Source: Muribaculaceae bacterium
GTDB taxonomy: Bacteria; Bacteroidota; Bacteroidia; Bacteroidales; Muribaculaceae
DNA: 64,000 nucleotides
Reading direction: 5' to 3'
Assembly (NCBI GenBank): GCA_051878575.1
Contig: JBJEKJ010000099.1
Span: forward strand, 10,686 to 74,685
The notes under the pieces: generated by a model
Database searches by the model: none
What the model was told of the DNA's origin: nothing
Seen by the model: only the letters and a program-made list of their open reading frames with translations
Part shown: positions 54,172 to 63,928 of the stretch, in pieces
Position numbering within the stretch: the first letter of the stretch is position 1
Layout: the number at the start of each line of letters is the position of its first letter
Translations under genes and position numbers: made by a program

Positions 54172-56916
54172 ATGATTCGACGAATTTTTCTATTTGTTGT
54201 GGCTGCGGCTATGCTGTCGGGCATTGCCGCAAAGGCCTCGGCTGTGGCGTGGGAGAGAACCGATTTCCGCGATGAGACGATTTACTTTGCCATGACCACG
54301 CGCTTCTATGATGGCGACCCCAAGAACAATGTGTGCGGATGGGACCGCCAGAACGTGCAGATTGCCAACAACGACCCCGATTGGCGAGGCGATTTCAAGG
54401 GGCTTATCGAGAAGCTCGATTACATCAAGGCTCTCGGATTTACTGCCATCTGGATTACTCCGGTGGTGCAGAATGCTTCGGGAACCGACTTTCACGGCTA
54501 TCATGCCATGGATATGAGCAGCGTGGATTTGCGCTACGAGAGCCATAAGGAGTGGGGCTCGGAGGAGGATGTGACCTTTCAGAGCCTTATTGATGCTGCT
54601 CACGCCAAGGGCATGAAAATTGTGCTCGACATTGTGCTGAACCACACGGGCAACTTCGGTGAGGCTAATCTTAACCCGCTTTTCACCCGAAGCCGCAATA
54701 TAAAGGACCAGGCTTCGATTTCGGCAGCGATTATTCCCAATTACGATCGTCTGCCAAGCAATTACAATGAGCTGTCGGGGACGCAGCAATATCAGGAGAG
54801 ATTCAAATACTTCAAGAATCCTCAGTATGACGTCCACAACTACTATCACCATTACGGAACCGGATGGAACTGGGATTATCCGAGCCGTTGGTGGGGACAG
54901 ATTGCCGGCGACTGCGTAGACCTTAACACCGAGAACGACGCCGTGGCAGAGTATTTGGTGCAGTGCTATGGCGAGTTTATCAAGATGGGCGTCGACGGTT
55001 TCCGCATCGACACCACAGGGCACATCGCTCGGCTCACATTCAATAAGCAATTCATTCCACAGCTGCTTGCCATCGGTGAGCAATACAAGGGAAAGCGTCT
55101 TAACGGTTGTCCGTTCTTTATGTTCGGCGAGTGCTGCGCGCGCTTCAGCGAGGTGACCTACCGTGGCCAGGCCAACCTGTCGAGCTATTTCTACACATGG
55201 AAGTCGCCCGAATCGCTTCTCGACCATTACGATGGCTCGCAGGAATACTGGGACACGCAGTCGCTTCCTGAGGGTCACGACAGCCCCGTAGGGCCTATGG
55301 AGCTTTGTGAGCAGGAGACGGAGTTCGGCCACACAAGCGACAATGTGCTTATGAAGGGCGGCGCATGGCATGAGCCCGACTATAGCGAGGCGTCGGGATT
55401 CAGCATCATCGACTTCCCCATGCACTACAATTTCAATAATGCCGCCGCGGCTGTGAATATCGCAAAGAGCGGCGACAAATACTACAACGATGCATCTTAC
55501 AACGTGGTCTACGTCGACTCTCACGACTATTGCCCGGGTCCCAACGATGGCACGCGCTTCAATGGCGGCACGCAGCAGTGGGCTGAGAACCTGTCGCTGA
55601 TGTTCACTTTCCGTGGCATTCCGTGCATATACTACGGGTCGGAGGTGGAGTTCAAGAAAGGCTGTAAGGTAGATGCCGGAGGCACCGACCTGCCGGTGAA
55701 GCAGTCGGGACGAGCCTATTTCGGCAATTACCTCGAGGGTGAGGTCGCAGCCACCGATTTTGGCGAGTATGAGGCATCGGGCAATGTCGCTCTTACGCTA
55801 AATGCCGACTTGGCGCAGCACATAATCCGGCTGAACAAAATCCGTGCAGCAGTGCCGGCGTTGCGCAAGGGCCAGTATACTTTCGACGGTTGCTCGGCTT
55901 CGGGCGGATATGCCTTCAAGCGGGCATGGAAGGATAGCTATGCCCTTGTGGCTATCAATGGCGGCGCTACGTTCAGCGGCGTTCCGGCGGGAAACTACGT
56001 CGACTTGGTGACGGGCGCGAGCTATACCCCCGCAAGTGGTAAAATCACCGTCGCGGCACCTGCCGGGAAGGGGCAGCTCCGCGTGCTCGTGAAAGACTGG
56101 CAAGGCGGCAAGGTGGGCGACGATGGCAAGTTCATTTATGCCAATTCGCCTGAGGCCCATGGTGGCGACGTGACATTCGATGACCCCGGGACCACCGAAT
56201 ACTATACCGCCGATGACGCAGTGGGACAGCCTGAGGTGAAATTCTCGCCCGAAGGCGGCAATTTCACTACTGCCACAATCACCGTCACCGCGACGCTGAA
56301 TGATGTGGCCGTGAGCGGCTGGTATCGCATTGGTGAAGGTGGGGAAAAGACCACTTTCTACGACACCGCCACATTCACCATCGGAGAGAATATGGCTTAT
56401 GGCGAGACCGTCGTCGTGCTTTATGGCGCCTTTGATGCTTCGGGCAAGGAATTTACAGGAAAGGTTACATATAAAAAGGTCGATCCTAATGCCACCATCA
56501 CCGTGTATGTGAAATCGCCCATTCAGCCATATCTCTATGCGTGGAGCACGGCCACAGGCTCGCTTGAGAAGCTTACGGGAGATTGGCCGGGTGTCAGGCT
56601 GACGGACAAAACCATAGTGGGCGGTGAGGAATTCTACTATCACACGTTCTCCGACGTGTCGATTATCAATATAATCTTCCACAACGGCAGTGGGGCGCAG
56701 ACGTCTGACATTACCGGCATCACCGGAGACGTGTACTATGAGTACGATGGCTTGAGGCAGGCAAATTTATCGGGAGTTGAAGAGGTCACAGTCACCGAGA
56801 GCCGCACTCTTGAGGTCTACACCATCGATGGCCGTGCCATCCGCTCGGTGGAGTCGCTCAGCGAGCTACAGCGAGGTGTATATATCGTCAATCGTCGCAA
56901 AGTGGTGATTTTGTAG
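54172..56916 (+). CDS. GH13 alpha-amylase-family glycoside hydrolase with C-terminal accessory beta domains and T9SS sorting domain
   Basis: 914 aa with a signal peptide. GH13 regions GFTAIWITPV, HGYHAMD, VLDIVLNHTG, GFRIDTTGHI, YVDSHD. C-terminal sorting domain ending RGVYIVNRRKVVIL. Confidence 0.9.
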   Translation: MIRRIFLFVVAAAMLSGIAAKASAVAWERTDFRDETIYFAMTTRFYDGDPKNNVCGWDRQNVQIANNDPDWRGDFKGLIEKLDYIKALGFTAIWITPVVQNASGTDFHGYHAMDMSSVDLRYESHKEWGSEEDVTFQSLIDAAHAKGMKIVLDIVLNHTGNFGEANLNPLFTRSRNIKDQASISAAIIPNYDRLPSNYNELSGTQQYQERFKYFKNPQYDVHNYYHHYGTGWNWDYPSRWWGQIAGDCVDLNTENDAVAEYLVQCYGEFIKMGVDGFRIDTTGHIARLTFNKQFIPQLLAIGEQYKGKRLNGCPFFMFGECCARFSEVTYRGQANLSSYFYTWKSPESLLDHYDGSQEYWDTQSLPEGHDSPVGPMELCEQETEFGHTSDNVLMKGGAWHEPDYSEASGFSIIDFPMHYNFNNAAAAVNIAKSGDKYYNDASYNVVYVDSHDYCPGPNDGTRFNGGTQQWAENLSLMFTFRGIPCIYYGSEVEFKKGCKVDAGGTDLPVKQSGRAYFGNYLEGEVAATDFGEYEASGNVALTLNADLAQHIIRLNKIRAAVPALRKGQYTFDGCSASGGYAFKRAWKDSYALVAINGGATFSGVPAGNYVDLVTGASYTPASGKITVAAPAGKGQLRVLVKDWQGGKVGDDGKFIYANSPEAHGGDVTFDDPGTTEYYTADDAVGQPEVKFSPEGGNFTTATITVTATLNDVAVSGWYRIGEGGEKTTFYDTATFTIGENMAYGETVVVLYGAFDASGKEFTGKVTYKKVDPNATITVYVKSPIQPYLYAWSTATGSLEKLTGDWPGVRLTDKTIVGGEEFYYHTFSDVSIINIIFHNGSGAQTSDITGITGDVYYEYDGLRQANLSGVEEVTVTESRTLEVYTIDGRAIRSVESLSELQRGVYIVNRRKVVIL

Positions 56917-56940
56917 CCGTGTGCTGAGCTAAAAGCGTAT

Positions 56941-56966
56941 GGCTCAGGCTGCGATGAGCCTTTTTT
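56941..56966 (+). terminator. Intrinsic terminator after the amylase gene
   Basis: Stem ggctca / tgagcc with an 8-nt loop, followed by TTTTTT. Confidence 0.65.
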
Positions 56967-57017
56967 GCCGAATTTTTTGCTTCATGCAGATAAATTTGGC
57001 GAAAAAATTGGCCGAAA

Positions 57018-57049
57018 TTTGCGTAGAATGTTGAAATTGTGTAAATTTG
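57018..57049 (+). promoter_or_regulatory. Consensus Bacteroidetes promoter about 270 nt upstream of rpsU
   Basis: TTTG (57018-57021), a 20-nt spacer, then TAAATTTG (57042-57049). Confidence 0.5.
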
Positions 57050-57319
57050 CGACCGTTTTAGCGCCAATCGGGGCTTTGTGTGGCTGCGAATGTCGATAAA
57101 ACGGTTAAGTTTACTCAACTGAGAGGAGGTTATCGATTATAACAAGAAAAGACTTAAAAATTTAAATATCAGACAATTGCAAGGCGGTTTACCTGCATCC
57201 CGTCAAGCACTGCCCGCTGATGGCTATCGATTGCTGATGCCATTGCGGTCGGTATCCATCAATATGCGGAAAACATAAAACAAGAAATTAATAAACAAAA
57301 AATACAATTACAAAGAATT

Positions 57320-57511
57320 ATGATTATCGTACAAGTAAAAGAAGGCGAGAATATCGAAAGAGCTCTTAAAAAATTCAAAAGAAAATTCGAGAAGACCGGT
57401 GTGGTAAAAGAACTCCGCTCACGTCAAGCATTTGAGAAACCGTCGGTTACAAACCGCAAGAAGATGATGAAGGCTGTCTATGTGCAGCAGTTGCGCCGCA
57501 ACGAGGAGTAA
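57320..57511 (+). CDS. rpsU: 30S ribosomal protein S21
   Basis: 63 aa. MIIVQVKEGENIERALKKFKRKFEKTGV...KPSV..RKK is the bS21 pattern. Confidence 0.92.
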   Translation: MIIVQVKEGENIERALKKFKRKFEKTGVVKELRSRQAFEKPSVTNRKKMMKAVYVQQLRRNEE

Positions 57512-57590
57512 TTTTCCGGTAAAATAATTTGCATATCTGAAATCTTTTGCATAAATTCGTAGCAAGGAACTTTAAAAGTACTGAGCTACT

Positions 57591-58502
57591 ATGCTAATCG
57601 AGGATTTCTTAAAATATCTACGGTATGAGTTGAATCTTTCAGCTTATACCGTTTTGTGTTATAAGAACGACCTCGGTCAGTTTGTCGGCTTTCTCACCGC
57701 GGGGAAGGAGGAGCTTGACGCTGCAAGCGTGTCGGCCGCCGACGTCAGGGCGTGGGTAGCCCGGCTGTCGAGGGATGGCATAGCGGCACGCTCCATCAGA
57801 CGCAAGATTCAGGCCCTTAGGGCATTCTATAAGTATCTTATGCGCCGTGGCGTGGTGGCTGAGAGTCCTGCCGCCGATGTGGAACTTGCCAAAGTGCGCA
57901 GGCGCCTGCCGTCGGTGGTGCGTGAGCAGAATATGAACAGTCTGCTCGACGAGGAGATTGATGACTCCGACTTTGATGCCGTGCGCGACAAGCTCGTGGT
58001 GATGATGTTCTACGAGACCGGAATACGCCGAGCCGAGCTTATCGGGCTCAAGGACGTGGACGTGTCGGTGGAAGCCAGGGAGCTGAAAGTGCTCGGAAAG
58101 CGCGACAAGGAGCGTATAGTGCCTTTCGGCGACGAGCTGGCTGAGTGGATAGCCCGCTATCGCAATTTGCGCGACGCCGTGGTGGGGGAGATCGAGGGCG
58201 GCAGTTTCTTCGTCAGGAGCGATGGCGAGCCGCTCTATCCGATGCTTGTGCACAGGCTCGTGCGCGAGAAGCTCGATGCGGCGGGAGGCTCGTCGAGGCG
58301 CAGTCCGCATGTGTTGAGGCACACATTCGCCTCGGCCATGCTCAATGGCGGAGCCGAGCTCAGTAGTGTAAAGGAGTTGCTCGGACATGAATCGCTTGCG
58401 GCAACGCAAGTGTACACACATATAACTTTTGGAGATTTAAAATCTAATTATGAACACGCCCATCCGAGGGCATTAAAAAAAGGAGGAAGATATGGAAGTT
58501 AG
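57591..58502 (+). CDS. XerC/XerD-family tyrosine recombinase (chromosomal, housekeeping type)
   Basis: 303 aa. N-terminal SAM-like domain (FLKYLRYELNLSAYTVLCYKNDL). Catalytic residues in ETGIRRAELIGL, HVLRHTFA, LLGHESLAATQVYTH. Sits in the conserved rpsU-xer-hpf arrangement. Confidence 0.85.
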   Translation: MLIEDFLKYLRYELNLSAYTVLCYKNDLGQFVGFLTAGKEELDAASVSAADVRAWVARLSRDGIAARSIRRKIQALRAFYKYLMRRGVVAESPAADVELAKVRRRLPSVVREQNMNSLLDEEIDDSDFDAVRDKLVVMMFYETGIRRAELIGLKDVDVSVEARELKVLGKRDKERIVPFGDELAEWIARYRNLRDAVVGEIEGGSFFVRSDGEPLYPMLVHRLVREKLDAAGGSSRRSPHVLRHTFASAMLNGGAELSSVKELLGHESLAATQVYTHITFGDLKSNYEHAHPRALKKGGRYGS

Positions 58503-58785
58503 AATTAAGGACATTCATTTCGACGCAACCGCAAAATTGGAGGAGTTTATCAACAAGAAAGCGCAGAAATTGGCGCGTCGACACGAGGAGGTGACAGCAA
58601 TGGATGTGACCCTCAAAGTGGTGAAACCTGAGACTTCTAATAACAAGGAAGCAGGAGTGAAACTCACTATACCAAATAAGGAGGCTCTTTTTGCCTCAAA
58701 AATAGCCGACACCTTCGAGGAGGCAGTGGATTTGTGCTTGGATGCGCTCGCTCGCCAGCTCGACAAGGCGTCGAAAGACAAGTAG
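58492..58785 (+). CDS. hpf: Ribosome hibernation promoting factor / RaiA family (short form)
   Basis: 97 aa. HFDATAKLEEFINKKAQKL...DTFEEAVDLCLDALARQL is the sigma-54 modulation/S30EA pattern. It overlaps the recombinase stop by 11 nt. Confidence 0.85.
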   Translation: MEVRIKDIHFDATAKLEEFINKKAQKLARRHEEVTAMDVTLKVVKPETSNNKEAGVKLTIPNKEALFASKIADTFEEAVDLCLDALARQLDKASKDK

Positions 58786-58830
58786 CGGCACTCTCGCGGC
58801 CACGGCATGCGGCTGCGAGGCGATGATAAT

Positions 58831-58870
58831 GCGGGAGTCGATGCCACCGAGCGCGGCTCCCGCTCTTTTT
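58831..58870 (+). terminator. Possible intrinsic terminator after hpf
   Basis: Stem gcgggag / ctcccgc with a 19-nt loop, followed by tcttttt. Confidence 0.4.
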
Positions 58871-59025
58871 GCCGGGAGGCGCCACATAATATATAGGTTG
58901 GGGCGGGCTATGGCAAATTGTGGCGTGTGATGTGTCCGATGCTGCGCCAAACCGCTTGATTCGGGGATTATTATTGGGAAAAATCGAGAATATGTAACTT
59001 TAGCACAAAAAAAGATTGAGGATTT

Positions 59026-59056
59026 TTTGGTATATAAAAAAATATGCTTAACTTTG
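59026..59056 (+). promoter_or_regulatory. Consensus Bacteroidetes promoter of the tRNA-tuf operon
   Basis: TTTG (59026-59029), a 19-nt spacer, then TAACTTTG (59049-59056). This lies 44 nt upstream of tRNA-Thr. Confidence 0.6.
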
Positions 59057-59099
59057 CACCGCTTTAAGCTCGCAAGCCTGCTTGTGAGGGAAAAGGAAC

Positions 59100-59173
59100 G
59101 CCTCTTTAGCTCAGTTGGCCAGAGCACGTGATTTGTAATCTCGGGGTCGTTGGTTCGAATCCGACAAGAGGCT
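59100..59173 (+). tRNA. tRNA-Thr (anticodon UGU)
   Basis: Cloverleaf. Acceptor gcctctt/aagaggc, D arm gctc-agttggcca-gagc, anticodon loop tTTGTaa, T arm gttgg-ttcgaat-ccgac. Confidence 0.9.
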
Positions 59174-59186
59174 CAGAAAAAAACGA

Positions 59187-59269
59187 GGGTGGTTACCAGA
59201 GTGGCCAAATGGGACTGACTGTAACTCAGTTGTCTTTCGACTTCGGTGGTTCGAATCCATCACCACCCA
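59187..59269 (+). tRNA. tRNA-Tyr (anticodon GUA), long variable arm
   Basis: Acceptor gggtggt/accaccc, anticodon stem actga/tcagt with loop cTGTAac, T arm ggtgg-ttcgaat-ccatc. Confidence 0.9.
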
Positions 59270-59278
59270 CAAAACAAT

Positions 59279-59351
59279 GCGGAAGTAGCTCAGTTGATAG
59301 AGCATCAGCCTTCCAAGCTGAGGGTCGCGAGTTTGAGCCTCGTCTTCCGCT
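59279..59351 (+). tRNA. tRNA-Gly (anticodon UCC)
   Basis: Acceptor gcggaag/cttccgc, anticodon loop cTTCCaa, T arm with ttt/gagc loop. Confidence 0.9.
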
Positions 59352-59364
59352 CAAAGAAATTAAT

Positions 59365-59436
<72 letters not shown>

Positions 59437-59514
59437 CAAATGCTTCGCAAGAAGCGAGAAAGGAAAAATATATAACGAGAAAGTTAATCATTAAAATCAA
59501 AAATAACTAAAGTT

Positions 59515-60699
59515 ATGGCAAAAGAGAAATTCGAAAGAACCAAACCGCATGTTAACATCGGTACAATTGGTCACGTTGACCACGGTAAAACTACTTTGAC
59601 CGCTGCTATCACAACAGTATTGGCAAAGCAGGGTCTTTCTGAGCTGCGTTCGTTCGATTCTATCGACAACGCTCCTGAGGAGAAAGAGCGTGGTATCACT
59701 ATCAATACTGCACACGTTGAGTATGAGACTGCAAACCGCCACTATGCACACGTTGACTGTCCGGGACACGCCGACTATGTGAAGAACATGGTAACTGGTG
59801 CTGCTCAGATGGACGGTGCTATCATCGTAGTTGCTGCTACCGACGGTCCGATGCCTCAGACTCGTGAGCACATCCTTTTGGCTCGTCAGGTGAACGTACC
59901 GCGTCTTGTCGTATTCTTGAACAAGTGCGATATGGTCGACGATGAGGAGATGTTCGACCTTGTAGAGATGGAGATGCGCGATTTGCTCGCACAATATGAG
60001 TATGATGGCGACAACACTCCTATTATCCGCGGTTCTGCACTTGGCGCATTGAATGGTGAGCCACAGTGGGAGGCTAAGGTTATGGAGCTTATGGAGGCTG
60101 TTGACAATTGGATTCCGCTTCCTCCGCGCGACATCGACAAACCTTTCTTGATGCCTGTTGAGGACGTGTTCTCAATCACCGGCCGTGGTACTGTAGCAAC
60201 AGGACGTATCGAGACCGGTATCGTTAAGGTAGGTGATGAGGTTCAAATCATGGGACTTGGCGCTGACAAGAAGTCGGTTGTTACAGGTGTTGAGATGTTC
60301 CGTAAGATTCTTGACGAGGGCGAGGCTGGTGATAACGTAGGTCTTCTTCTCCGTGGTATCGACAAGAACGAAATCAAGCGTGGTATGGTGCTTTGCCACC
60401 CGGGAGTTGTTAAACCTCACTCTGAGTTCAAGGCTTCAGTTTACGTATTGAAGAAAGAGGAAGGTGGACGTCACACTCCGTTCCACAATCACTATCGTCC
60501 GCAGTTCTACATCCGTACACTCGATGTTACCGGTGAGATTACTCTTCCGGAAGGCGTAGAGATGGTGATGCCTGGTGACCACGTGGAGATCATCGTTAAG
60601 CTCATCACTCCGGTAGCTTGCGACAAGGGTCTTCGCTTCGCAATCCGCGAGGGTGGCCGCACAGTAGGTTCAGGTCAAATCACTGAGATTCTTGACTAA
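59515..60699 (+). CDS. tuf: Elongation factor Tu
   Basis: 394 aa. [22 protein letters not shown] and the rest of the sequence are unmistakably EF-Tu. Confidence 0.98.
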   Translation: MAKEKFERTKPHVNIGTIGHVDHGKTTLTAAITTVLAKQGLSELRSFDSIDNAPEEKERGITINTAHVEYETANRHYAHVDCPGHADYVKNMVTGAAQMDGAIIVVAATDGPMPQTREHILLARQVNVPRLVVFLNKCDMVDDEEMFDLVEMEMRDLLAQYEYDGDNTPIIRGSALGALNGEPQWEAKVMELMEAVDNWIPLPPRDIDKPFLMPVEDVFSITGRGTVATGRIETGIVKVGDEVQIMGLGADKKSVVTGVEMFRKILDEGEAGDNVGLLLRGIDKNEIKRGMVLCHPGVVKPHSEFKASVYVLKKEEGGRHTPFHNHYRPQFYIRTLDVTGEITLPEGVEMVMPGDHVEIIVKLITPVACDKGLRFAIREGGRTVGSGQITEILD

Positions 60700-60772
60700 T
60701 ACTCGGGAATCTTAATCGATAAGATTTAATCACCGGTTGTGGTGGAAGCAATGAAGCTGCAACCGGTTAATT

Positions 60773-60845
60773 ACGGGAATAGCTCAGTCGGTAGAGCACT
60801 GGTCTCCAAAACCAGGTGTCGGGAGTTCGAGCCTCTCTTCCCGTG
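60773..60845 (+). tRNA. tRNA-Trp (anticodon CCA)
   Basis: Acceptor acgggaa/ttcccgt, D arm gctc-agtcggta-gagc, anticodon loop cTCCAaa, T arm gggag-ttcgagc-ctctc. Confidence 0.9.
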
Positions 60846-60866
60846 CTAATTAATGTAATTTAGAAA

Positions 60867-61058
60867 ATGAAAATACTTAAGGATATCGAGGATTCTTATA
60901 ACGAATTAGTTTATAAGGTTTCTTGGCCAACCAAGAGTCAGCTTGCAAATAGCAGCGTGGTTGTTATGGTAGCTTCCATCGTAATAGCCATAATGATATT
61001 TGTCATGGACGAGGTTGTAGACGCCCTAATGCACCTGATTTATGGCATTTCGCTGTAA
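60867..61058 (+). CDS. secE: Preprotein translocase subunit SecE
   Basis: 63 aa with a single C-terminal TM helix, VSWPTKSQL motif, and the conserved position between tRNA-Trp and nusG. Confidence 0.85.
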   Translation: MKILKDIEDSYNELVYKVSWPTKSQLANSSVVVMVASIVIAIMIFVMDEVVDALMHLIYGISL

Positions 61059-61093
61059 GTCGTCGAAATCATTAACTTTAAGGTAGAATATCA

Positions 61094-61645
61094 ATGTCAG
61101 AAGTAAAGAAAAGATGGTATGTTCTCCGTGCCATTTCAGGCAAGGAGGCAAAAGTTAAGGAGGTGCTTGATGCAGCTATTAAGAACACCGATCTTGGAAA
61201 GTACGTATCTCAGGTGTTGATACCTACTGAGAAGGTCTACACTACCCGTAACGGAAAAAAGGTTATCAAGGAGAGAAACCTTTATTCCGGCTATGTTTTT
61301 GTCGAGGCTGAACTCACCGGTGAGGTGATACACGAATTGCGGAACACTACCAATGTGATCGACTTTCTTCACGGAAAGGAGAAAACTGCGCTCCCCGAGC
61401 CGATACGCGAGGATGAGGTGTCGAGAATGCTCGGAGTCGCCGATGCTCAGATTGAGGGCGACGACGATGTGCTTAACGACTTCATCGTGGGCGAGAGCGT
61501 GAAAGTGAACTTCGGGCCATTCAGTGGCTTTACGGGAGAGATCGAGGAGGTGAATCGCGAGAAGCGTAAGCTCAAGGTGATGGTAAAGGTGTTCGGACGA
61601 AAGACTCCTCTTGAGTTGGATAATTCCCAAGTAGAGCGAGAGTGA
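61094..61645 (+). CDS. nusG: Transcription termination/antitermination factor NusG
   Basis: 183 aa. KRWYVLRAISGKEAKV N-terminal NGN domain and a C-terminal KOW domain (GESVKVNFGPFSGFTGEIEEVN). Confidence 0.95.
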   Translation: MSEVKKRWYVLRAISGKEAKVKEVLDAAIKNTDLGKYVSQVLIPTEKVYTTRNGKKVIKERNLYSGYVFVEAELTGEVIHELRNTTNVIDFLHGKEKTALPEPIREDEVSRMLGVADAQIEGDDDVLNDFIVGESVKVNFGPFSGFTGEIEEVNREKRKLKVMVKVFGRKTPLELDNSQVERE

Positions 61646-61718
61646 CGTCGTGCTTGTGGTTGCGCACTTGTGCGATGATTCTCGGTGAATAACAAAAAAC
61701 AAAAAACAGTTTTAAGAA

Positions 61719-62162
61719 ATGGCTAAAGAAATTGCTGGACAGATTAAATTGCAGATTAAGGGTGGAGCAGCAAATCCTTCACCACCAGTAGGACCTGCCT
61801 TAGGTTCTAAGGGTATTAACATCATGGAATTTTGTAAGCAATTCAATGCCCGCACTCAAGACAAGGCTGGCAAGGTTCTTCCGGTAGTAATCACTTACTA
61901 TACCGACAAGAGCTTTGACTTCGTTGTGAAGACTCCTCCGGTGGCTATTCAGCTGCTTGAGGCCTCCAAGCAAAAGAGCGGTTCGGCACAGCCTAACCGC
62001 AAGAAGGTGGCTGAGTTGACTTGGGAGCAGGTAAAGACTATTGCAGAAGACAAAATGCCTGATTTGAACTGTTTTACTTTAGATTCGGCTATGCGTATGG
62101 TTGCCGGAACAGCGAGAAGTATGGGTATCACTGTAAAGGGTTCGTTCCCTGAAAACATTTAA
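61719..62162 (+). CDS. rplK: 50S ribosomal protein L11
   Basis: 147 aa. [21 protein letters not shown] signature. Confidence 0.97.
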   Translation: MAKEIAGQIKLQIKGGAANPSPPVGPALGSKGINIMEFCKQFNARTQDKAGKVLPVVITYYTDKSFDFVVKTPPVAIQLLEASKQKSGSAQPNRKKVAELTWEQVKTIAEDKMPDLNCFTLDSAMRMVAGTARSMGITVKGSFPENI

Positions 62163-62176
62163 AAACTTCAATTGAC

Positions 62177-62872
62177 ATGGGTAAACTTACAAAAAATCAG
62201 AAGTTAGTAAACGCAAAGATTGAAGCGGGGAAAAGTTACACTCTTAAGGAAGCTGCAGCGTTAGTAAAGGAAATCACTTTCACTAAGTTTGACGCTTCGG
62301 TTGATATCGATGTACGTTTGGGTGTTGACCCTCGCAAGGCAAATCAGATGGTTCGTGGCGTTGTTTCGTTGCCTAACGGAACCGGAAAGCAGGTGCGCGT
62401 GTTGTGCCTCTGCAATCCCGACGTAGCTGCCGCTGCCACTGAGGCCGGTGCCGACTATGTAGGTCTTGACGAGTACATTGAGAAAATCAAGGGCGGCTGG
62501 ACTGACGTAGACGTAATAATCACGCAGCCTGCAATCATGGGTAAGATCGGTGCTCTGGGTCGTATTCTTGGTCCGCGTGGCCTGATGCCTAACCCCAAGA
62601 GCGGCACTGTGACCATGGATGTCGCAAAGGCTGTGAAAGAAGTAAAGCAAGGTAAAATCGACTTTAAGGTCGACAAAGGTGGAATCGTACACACTTCAAT
62701 TGGTAAAGTTTCATTTGCTCCCGAGGCAATCAAGGAGAATGCCAAGGAGTTTATCAACACTTTGATTAAATTGAAACCGGCAACTGCGAAGGGTACTTAT
62801 ATTAAGAGCATTTATCTTTCAAGTACAATGAGTCCAGGTATCAAGATTGATACTAAATCAATTGACGAATAA
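62177..62872 (+). CDS. rplA: 50S ribosomal protein L1
   Basis: 231 aa. [24 protein letters not shown] signature. Confidence 0.97.
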   Translation: MGKLTKNQKLVNAKIEAGKSYTLKEAAALVKEITFTKFDASVDIDVRLGVDPRKANQMVRGVVSLPNGTGKQVRVLCLCNPDVAAAATEAGADYVGLDEYIEKIKGGWTDVDVIITQPAIMGKIGALGRILGPRGLMPNPKSGTVTMDVAKAVKEVKQGKIDFKVDKGGIVHTSIGKVSFAPEAIKENAKEFINTLIKLKPATAKGTYIKSIYLSSTMSPGIKIDTKSIDE

Positions 62873-62889
62873 TTAAAAGATTTAAGACA

Positions 62890-63414
62890 ATGAGAAAGGA
62901 AGATAAACTTACTATAATAGAAGAAATAGCTAATACTCTCAAAGAGTACAGCTGTGTGTATCTTGCAGAGACCAACGGCCTTGATGCCGAGAAGACGAGC
63001 GCGCTGCGCCGCGAGTGCTTCAAGAATGGCGTGAAACTGGTAGCAGTGAAGAACACCCTCTTGAAGAAAGCCATGGAGCAGAGCGACGTTGACTACTCGG
63101 GTCTTTATCCGGCTTTGAAAGGCTCCACTTCACTGATGCTGAGCAACACAGGCAATGCTCCCGCCAAGTTGATCAAGGGCTTCGTGAAGAAGGGCGATGT
63201 TCTCCCAGCCTTGAAGGCTGCTTACGTTGAGGAAACCGTATATCTTGGTGCTGATCAGCTCGACTTCCTTGCAAGCCTCAAGAGCAAGAACGAACTTATC
63301 GCAGATGTTGTTGCACTCTTGCAATCGCCTGCTAAGAACGTCATCTCGGCTTTGCAGTCGTCAGGAAACAAGTTGCATGGTATCCTTGAGACTCTATCAA
63401 AAAAAGAAGATTAA
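62890..63414 (+). CDS. rplJ: 50S ribosomal protein L10
   Basis: 174 aa. Conserved position and an L10-like sequence (LRRECFKNGVKLVAVKNTLLKKA). Confidence 0.93.
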   Translation: MRKEDKLTIIEEIANTLKEYSCVYLAETNGLDAEKTSALRRECFKNGVKLVAVKNTLLKKAMEQSDVDYSGLYPALKGSTSLMLSNTGNAPAKLIKGFVKKGDVLPALKAAYVEETVYLGADQLDFLASLKSKNELIADVVALLQSPAKNVISALQSSGNKLHGILETLSKKED

Positions 63415-63449
63415 TAAAATAAAAAATAAACAATTAAATCATATAAAAA

Positions 63450-63824
63450 ATGGCAGATTTGAAAGCTTTTGCAGAACAATTAGTTAACCTTTCGGTAAAG
63501 GAAGTAAACGAACTTGCTCAAATTTTGAAAGAAGAGTACGGTATTGAACCTGCTGCTGCAGCTGTTGCTGTTGCTGCTGGTCCTGTTGCCGGTGCAGCAG
63601 CTGCTGAGGAGAAGACTTCTTTCGACGTAGTATTGAAGAGCGCAGGTGCAAGCAAGCTTGCAGTTGTTAAACTTGTAAAGGAACTTACCGGTCTTGGCTT
63701 GAAAGAGGCTAAGGAGATGGTTGACGGTGCACCCAACACTGTTAAGGAGGGTCTCTCCAAGGCTGACGCTGAGGGCTTGAAGAAGCAACTCGAAGAAGCT
63801 GGAGCTGAAGTTGAACTTAAATAA
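63450..63824 (+). CDS. rplL: 50S ribosomal protein L7/L12
   Basis: 124 aa. Ala-rich hinge and C-terminal domain ([24 protein letters not shown]). Confidence 0.97.
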   Translation: MADLKAFAEQLVNLSVKEVNELAQILKEEYGIEPAAAAVAVAAGPVAGAAAAEEKTSFDVVLKSAGASKLAVVKLVKELTGLGLKEAKEMVDGAPNTVKEGLSKADAEGLKKQLEEAGAEVELK

Positions 63825-63847
63825 TATTGCCTGAATTTCAGGTGATT

Positions 63848-63887
63848 AGGTTAAGAATCTTCTCACAAGACGATTCTTAACCTTTTT
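63848..63887 (+). terminator. Hairpin plus T-run between rplL and rpoB (attenuator/partial terminator)
   Basis: Perfect 12-bp stem aggttaagaatc / gattcttaacct followed by TTTTT. Confidence 0.7.
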
Positions 63888-63928
63888 GTGTTATAATTAA
63901 AATTTGAGTTCACTTAATTTATTTTTCA

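Noticed and set aside
57124-57172. Mini-ORF downstream of the GGAGG in the rpsU upstream region
   Set aside because: There is no ATG/GTG/TTG at a sensible spacing. Only an ATT-initiated 9-codon frame is possible. I kept the GGAGG only as part of the candidate RNA element.
57591-58502. Tyrosine recombinase as a marker of an integrated mobile element
   Set aside because: It sits in the conserved housekeeping arrangement rpsU, xer, hpf, tRNAs, tuf. It has host-like composition and overlaps hpf. No att-like repeats or cargo genes surround it.
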